From positions 124,001 through 188,000 of the forward strand of contig NZ_JMCB01000010.1 of the NCBI RefSeq assembly GCF_000737315.1: a stretch of 64,000 bases of DNA, in the 5' to 3' direction. The notes under the pieces were generated by a model, which saw only the letters and a list, made by a program, of their open reading frames with translations, was not told the DNA's origin and made no database searches. Source of the stretch: Hyalangium minutum. GTDB lineage: Bacteria > Myxococcota > Myxococcia > Myxococcales > Myxococcaceae. Positions 59,404 through 64,000 of this stretch are shown in pieces. The stretch's first letter is position 1, and every line of letters starts with the position of its first letter. Position numbers and translations under genes: made by a program.

Positions 59404-60324
59404 CTATTGGCAGAGCCTGCGCATCCAGCGGCGCAACGGTTCTTTGTCGAGAGAGAACCAGCCGGTGCGCTCCTCTAAGAAGAAGGGCTCGAGCAGCAGC
59501 GCCAACTCGCGATATTGGGCCGGGTAGAACTTCTTCTCAGTGTCGATGGTCTCAGGCCACTCGGTGAGGGTGATCAGCAGGCGATCGCCGTCGAGGGGCT
59601 GGAAGGAGACATCCGGGAAGGGGAGCTTCTGGTGCAGGGCCTCGGGGCCACCGAGCTGGCCGAGCAGGGGCTGGCCCAGGAAGGTAAGCCAGTAGGCGCC
59701 TCGGGCACGGGTGCCGATGACCCGGCTCGTGTCTTCGAGGTGGTAGAGATCCAGGCCCAGGTAGCGAGAGAGGAGTGGGAGGAGCTCCCAGCGGGCGGCG
59801 TACCACATGCCATGGGGAGAGATGACGGCGAGGCTGGCGTAGCCGAAGCTGAAGGGCAGCTCGCGTGCGAGTTCCAGGACCAGGGTGCGCAGATGGCCTG
59901 GGCCGCGCTCCATGAGGTACTCGGTGGGAAAGGTAAAAGACACCCCACTGGTCCAACTCTCGTCGTGAGAGAAGTTCGGATCATCGAGCTGCCGGCCCCG
60001 GTACTCGAAGTGGTAACCGCCCACTTCGCTCGCATCCTCCTCGAGATCGACATAGCAGGCGGCAGCCCCCTTGCGCTCAAGGATTTGCCAGCGGATGTGC
60101 GCCCAGCCCTTGTCATCGAGCGGGAGGGTGTCGCCATCGTCCGAGCCGTACCAAGCCAGCGACTGTGGGGGGGTGGCACGGCGGTAAGCCTGCAGGGCCC
60201 GCCACACGGCGGGGGCCACCTCGTGGTGTGAGCTGCGCATGAAGAAGCAGAGAACGACGCCATCGCGGGCCACCGACCTGCCGTACTTGCTCCGCAGGCG
60301 GATGACGGGAATGCTCTCCCTCAT
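59404..60324 (-). CDS. DUF3396 (TsiV-like) immunity protein
   Basis: LCFFM, SFTFPTEYL, LPFSFGYASL, RGAYWLTFLGQPLLGQLGG, W.RR pattern. ATGA overlap with the upstream gene. Confidence 0.8.
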   Translation of the reverse strand: MRESIPVIRLRSKYGRSVARDGVVLCFFMRSSHHEVAPAVWRALQAYRRATPPQSLAWYGSDDGDTLPLDDKGWAHIRWQILERKGAAACYVDLEEDASEVGGYHFEYRGRQLDDPNFSHDESWTSGVSFTFPTEYLMERGPGHLRTLVLELARELPFSFGYASLAVISPHGMWYAARWELLPLLSRYLGLDLYHLEDTSRVIGTRARGAYWLTFLGQPLLGQLGGPEALHQKLPFPDVSFQPLDGDRLLITLTEWPETIDTEKKFYPAQYRELALLLEPFFLEERTGWFSLDKEPLRRWMRRLCQ

Positions 60325-61145
60325 CGAGCCATGCCCCCTTGTGGCGAAATAATCCAGGCTTCCCCCCCAAGCGCCTCCTTGTAGATTTCACCCTGGGTGC
60401 GGCCGAAATAGGCGCTGTCCTCTCGATAACGCGTCCATCGCGGCTCATTGGTCTCAGGACAGGGAAACTTGAAGTCCAGGGTGAGTACGGACCGCAGCAA
60501 GCTGCTGCGGTCGACATGAAGGACGATGTCAGGCTCGATGGTGCGCCACAGTTCACGGGTGCAGCCTTGAGCGATCAGGCGCGCCACCTCTTGCTTGCTG
60601 ACGGGCTCGAGGAACTTCGCGTTGGGGTAGTAGCGGTAGCGCTGCTGGATGCTGAAGGGGGCAGGCCAGAGCTGCTCAAGCACCTGCTGAGCGCATTGGA
60701 AGGCAACGGTATGTTTCAGCTCTCCCAGGTACATGGCGCGGGAGATGGGGACGGCGCAGCCGTCGGCGAACACCTCCTCGCCGCACTCTTGGCGGGTGGG
60801 GGAGCGGTTGCCGAAGAACTGGGAGTTGACCTGGCGCTCGGCCAGCCTGGCGCACTCGACGAGCTGTTCCTCGAGCTCACCTACTGCGTTGTCGTTCTCA
60901 AGCAAGGCAAGCAGTGCGGGGACAGACCGGCCGAGGATGGAGGCTACGGCCGCAGTGGTGGTGGGGGCTGCGGAGCTCCCCCCCGCGATGACGGCGGAGG
61001 CATGGGTCATCTTTGCGGCCGTCTCCGAGTCGAGGCGCAAGTCCCTGCGCGAGGAGCGTTGGGGGGTGGCACAGGCTGCGAGGACAGCACAGGCCATCCA
61101 CAGGTGTACGAGCGTCCAGCGCACGGTTCGGCGGGAGCGGAGCAT
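60321..61145 (-). CDS. Lipoprotein with PD-(D/E)xK (VRR-NUC/TseV-like) nuclease motif; putative toxin
   Basis: Lipobox VLAAC; IEPDIVLH...LDFKFPC; Q...Y..ALG tail; coupled to the DUF3396-like gene. Confidence 0.75.
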   Translation of the reverse strand: MLRSRRTVRWTLVHLWMACAVLAACATPQRSSRRDLRLDSETAAKMTHASAVIAGGSSAAPTTTAAVASILGRSVPALLALLENDNAVGELEEQLVECARLAERQVNSQFFGNRSPTRQECGEEVFADGCAVPISRAMYLGELKHTVAFQCAQQVLEQLWPAPFSIQQRYRYYPNAKFLEPVSKQEVARLIAQGCTRELWRTIEPDIVLHVDRSSLLRSVLTLDFKFPCPETNEPRWTRYREDSAYFGRTQGEIYKEALGGEAWIISPQGGMAR

Positions 61146-61323
61146 GGATGGGAGGAATCAAAGGGGACCCTGGCGCTCACGTCAACCGCTCGCCCACGCG
61201 TGGACAAGGCCGAAGCCACAAGAGGCGAGCCCACCACCCACCTGCCGGTGACCCCGAGGGGGACTCCCCGCTGGAGGTTGCTCAGGATGAGATCCACACC
61301 CGAGACGCCATCCGGAGTTTTTA

Positions 61324-63783
61324 TTACCTGCGCTTTTTCCGGCGGATTTTCCCCTCGTGCGGACTTTCGGGGGGCGCCTCGGGAAGGCTCGGAAGGTCCA
61401 GTTCTGGAAGACTGGAGATGTCATCCAAGGGAAGGCTGAGCTGGTACTGCTCCCCTTCGAGCTCCAGCTCCGCGTAAGCTGTGATGGAACCGAACGAGGC
61501 ACTCACGAAGAAGTCCGCGATCGCCCGTCCATGGGTTGAGCGCACGGTCTTCTGAATTTCGGGAGTCAGCAGGAAGCGCACGGACTGGGGGAGCGGCGCT
61601 CTCTTCGCGTCGTGGGATTGAAGGACGAGCCGGATGCCTCTCTTCTCGGTCGCACCCAGCCTCCACCCCACCAGTTCCCACGGCCGCCCCCGTGTCCGAT
61701 CCCGATGCTCACGCGGCATCCGGGCAATCAGGTTGGGATGGAGCACTCGCTTGTAGAGCGGCGTGCGAAGCACATACGCGTCGGGCTTCGTCCGGCAAAT
61801 GAGTCCCTGCCCCATGAGAAGCGGTGCATACTCGTGGCTGAGAGCCAACGAGTATCCCTTGCCGAGTTCCTGCAGAACCTCTGTCACCACAGGGGCTTGC
61901 TCACTGAGCCACTGACGAACCCTGGCCATCTCCGGATCGAAGATCCGAAACCACGCTTCACTCTCGAAGCGCATGAGATCCTCCAGGGACCACTCCTGCT
62001 GGCGTGCGCCCTGGAGCGCCATCTCCGCCAGGTGGAGACTTCCTCCCGTCCAGAGGAGGAACTCCTGCACTCCCTCCTCCGAGAGCCGCACTCCGTACAT
62101 CCTGCGGAGAGACAGCACCTCTTGCTCATCCAGGTCCCCAAGCCTCACTTCATCCGCATGGGGAGAGCGAGGCGTATCTGGCCGACATGCAAGTAAGAGA
62201 CGGGCCCCACTGTTTGTGAGGTCTTCCTGCAGGGAAAGAATCGTCATGGGGTTCAGCGCAAGCGTAAGAGGGGGCTGCTCGCCCGGCATCCTCCAAGCAT
62301 GAAGCCGATGAAAGTTGCAGATACCCACAACGACCATCGTCTCGGGCAGCCTGCTCCTCCCCTCCTGCTCCACCCGTTTGATACGGGACGCGAAGAACTT
62401 CAGAAAGTCATGCGGATCCAGTTCCTGGGGGAGCCGTGAGGGAACATCGAACAGGAAGAACTGCATGGGCACATTGTGTCGCTCCCCGTGCAGCCCAACG
62501 CTCCTCAAGAGCGTGGCACTGGCCTGGCCGTGGTAGCCCACCACATGAAGGATGGGCACGTTCGCACTGATGAGGCGGTCGAGAATGACTCGAGCCTCCT
62601 TCCGCTCGATGGAGAGCGGAGGAAGCGAGAGTTCCAAGGGTTGTATCGCATCAAGAAGCAGGTGCTGGTGATCCCTTCCCTCCACTGCGCCGCGAGCCAG
62701 GAGAATCTCCCAGGTCTTCTCGAACTTCTCGAAGCTCCGCCGGGCCATTCTCCGCAAGAGAGTTCTCGGAAAGTCCCCCTCTGTCTCGCGCCAAGCCTGC
62801 GTCACGAGCTGATCAATGACCTGAGCGCCGAAGTGCTGGCGCAGTTCCCAGAAAACCGCTCCCCAGACCTCCCCAAGTTCCGGAATCGTCGAGTCCCGCC
62901 GCTGAGCGAACCTCAACCGGTTGTCTAGGTGCCGGAACGGTGTCGGGTAGCCAGGAAGCTCGGCCTCTTTGACGCCAAAACGCGGGTCATTCTTGTAACT
63001 GCACACCAGATAGTCCGCGAGACCGGACTCCACAGCGGCAAGCGTCTCGGTGGTCCCCAGCGACTCGGGCATCAGGACATGATGCGCGTACTGGCGCAGC
63101 AGGGTGTCCTCCAAGAGGAGGCTGCCGTACATCAGCGGAGGCCCAAGCTCACGACGGTCGAACCAGGTGATCTCTGGACTGTCGAACCAGAAGACCCCTG
63201 GATTGTCGGTGGAGCCATGAACCAGGAGCGGTGCAATCCCGCCCTCCAAGATTCCATTCCGGACGAGGTACTTTTGGAAGTCCGCCACGACCTTCCGGAT
63301 CCGCTTGCGCAGGTCCTGCGAGATGGTGTCCTCGAAGATCAGACCGGCGTCTGGGACCTCTGAAGGCTCGTCCGGCGCCTGAGTCCTGATCGGAATCTGC
63401 AGGGTGGGCAGTTCGACAGGGGCGGGCTTGGCTGCGATCTCGATGTCTCGCAGCACCACCGTGTGGACCGTCATCCCATGACGGTTCACGAAGTGGAGGG
63501 TGATCGTTCCTTTCTGGAGCGGATCCTTCGCCGTGAGCAGGAAGGCCGCCGGGCCGTAGCTGCCTCCAAAGCGGTGCAGCACGATGCTCTGGTCCCCCAG
63601 AGGCTCATGCGTAAAGAGCGAGGTATTGATGAGACAGGTGAGCGCCAGTTCCTCCTGTCCGTAGGGCCACCTCTCCGGTGGGTGCCGGTGCTGCAGGTCC
63701 ACCGTGAGGTAGTGACGCTCCCCGGGCCGGGCCGTCCGCGGGTAGGAGACCACCGGCTCGATGGAGATGGGCTCGCTAGCCAT
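61324..63783 (-). CDS. Multidomain protein: beta-rich N-domain + degenerate M4/M36-like peptidase + degenerate AAA/STAND + pYEATS-like domain
   Basis: RQYAHHVL / ESGLADY / GEVWGAVFWELR; GYHGQASAT, LGDLDEQEV...WTGGSLHL; SVRFLLTPEI...SFGSITAYAE. Confidence 0.8.
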   Translation of the reverse strand: MASEPISIEPVVSYPRTARPGERHYLTVDLQHRHPPERWPYGQEELALTCLINTSLFTHEPLGDQSIVLHRFGGSYGPAAFLLTAKDPLQKGTITLHFVNRHGMTVHTVVLRDIEIAAKPAPVELPTLQIPIRTQAPDEPSEVPDAGLIFEDTISQDLRKRIRKVVADFQKYLVRNGILEGGIAPLLVHGSTDNPGVFWFDSPEITWFDRRELGPPLMYGSLLLEDTLLRQYAHHVLMPESLGTTETLAAVESGLADYLVCSYKNDPRFGVKEAELPGYPTPFRHLDNRLRFAQRRDSTIPELGEVWGAVFWELRQHFGAQVIDQLVTQAWRETEGDFPRTLLRRMARRSFEKFEKTWEILLARGAVEGRDHQHLLLDAIQPLELSLPPLSIERKEARVILDRLISANVPILHVVGYHGQASATLLRSVGLHGERHNVPMQFFLFDVPSRLPQELDPHDFLKFFASRIKRVEQEGRSRLPETMVVVGICNFHRLHAWRMPGEQPPLTLALNPMTILSLQEDLTNSGARLLLACRPDTPRSPHADEVRLGDLDEQEVLSLRRMYGVRLSEEGVQEFLLWTGGSLHLAEMALQGARQQEWSLEDLMRFESEAWFRIFDPEMARVRQWLSEQAPVVTEVLQELGKGYSLALSHEYAPLLMGQGLICRTKPDAYVLRTPLYKRVLHPNLIARMPREHRDRTRGRPWELVGWRLGATEKRGIRLVLQSHDAKRAPLPQSVRFLLTPEIQKTVRSTHGRAIADFFVSASFGSITAYAELELEGEQYQLSLPLDDISSLPELDLPSLPEAPPESPHEGKIRRKKRR

Positions 63784-64000
63784 TCGAGCCTCCCGCAGGC
63801 TCCAGCTTCAGGTAGGCCTCCGGCGTCCCATAGAAGACGTACATGAACTTGTACACGTAGGCTCGCCGAGACGCATTGTCACTCGCGTCCAGCTTCTCGA
63901 AGGCCTCCTTGCGCACCTGGCGCAGCAGTTCTGGAATGCAGACCCCGTCCTTCCCCTTGGCCGCCTCCAGAATGCGCGCGCCGATGGCGGCCGCGATGCT
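63776..64000 (-). CDS. C-terminal end of a probable CHAT (caspase-like) domain protein, 5'-truncated by the window edge
   Basis: Absent from the track. Manual translation SIAAAIGARILEAAKGKDGVCIPELLRQVRKEAFEKLDASDNASRRAYVYKFMYVFYGTPEAYLKLEPAGGSNG* resembles the CHAT C-terminal (R....Y.lYG.P) signature. 8-bp overlap with the next ATG. Confidence 0.6.
   Translation of the reverse strand, partial: SIAAAIGARILEAAKGKDGVCIPELLRQVRKEAFEKLDASDNASRRAYVYKFMYVFYGTPEAYLKLEPAGGSNG

Overview
High-GC myxobacterial chromosome segment (gene content and codon style fit Myxococcales, probably Archangiaceae; inference). About 1-53.3 kb is mostly core or semi-core: a TonB-dependent receptor running off the left edge, an M35 peptidase plus a free-standing propeptide-like lipoprotein, acyl-CoA dehydrogenase and a MaoC pair, an HD-GYP response regulator, a HEAT-cyclophilin, MoxR/DUF58, an SNF2 helicase, an orphan Tad/Flp minor-pilin cluster followed by an O-antigen-ligase-like gene, PhzF/MocR, aspS, an outer-membrane operon with a gluzincin lipoprotein, a large PNP-NACHT-pentapeptide-WD40 NLR-like gene, and recJ with a Myxococcus-type LexA box. 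About 53.4-64 kb looks like an accessory conflict island. It holds (i) a WYL regulator divergent from a GIY-YIG plus transglutaminase-like pair, (ii) a Ser/Thr kinase with a nearby frameshifted near-identical 5' copy, facing a lipoprotein PD-(D/E)xK toxin/DUF3396-like immunity pair, and (iii) the tail of a CHAT-like protease gene coupled to an 819-aa protein apparently built from degenerate peptidase, STAND-ATPase and pYEATS-like domains. No rRNA, tRNA, CRISPR array or transposase was found. All family calls are by-eye motif recognition, not database hits.
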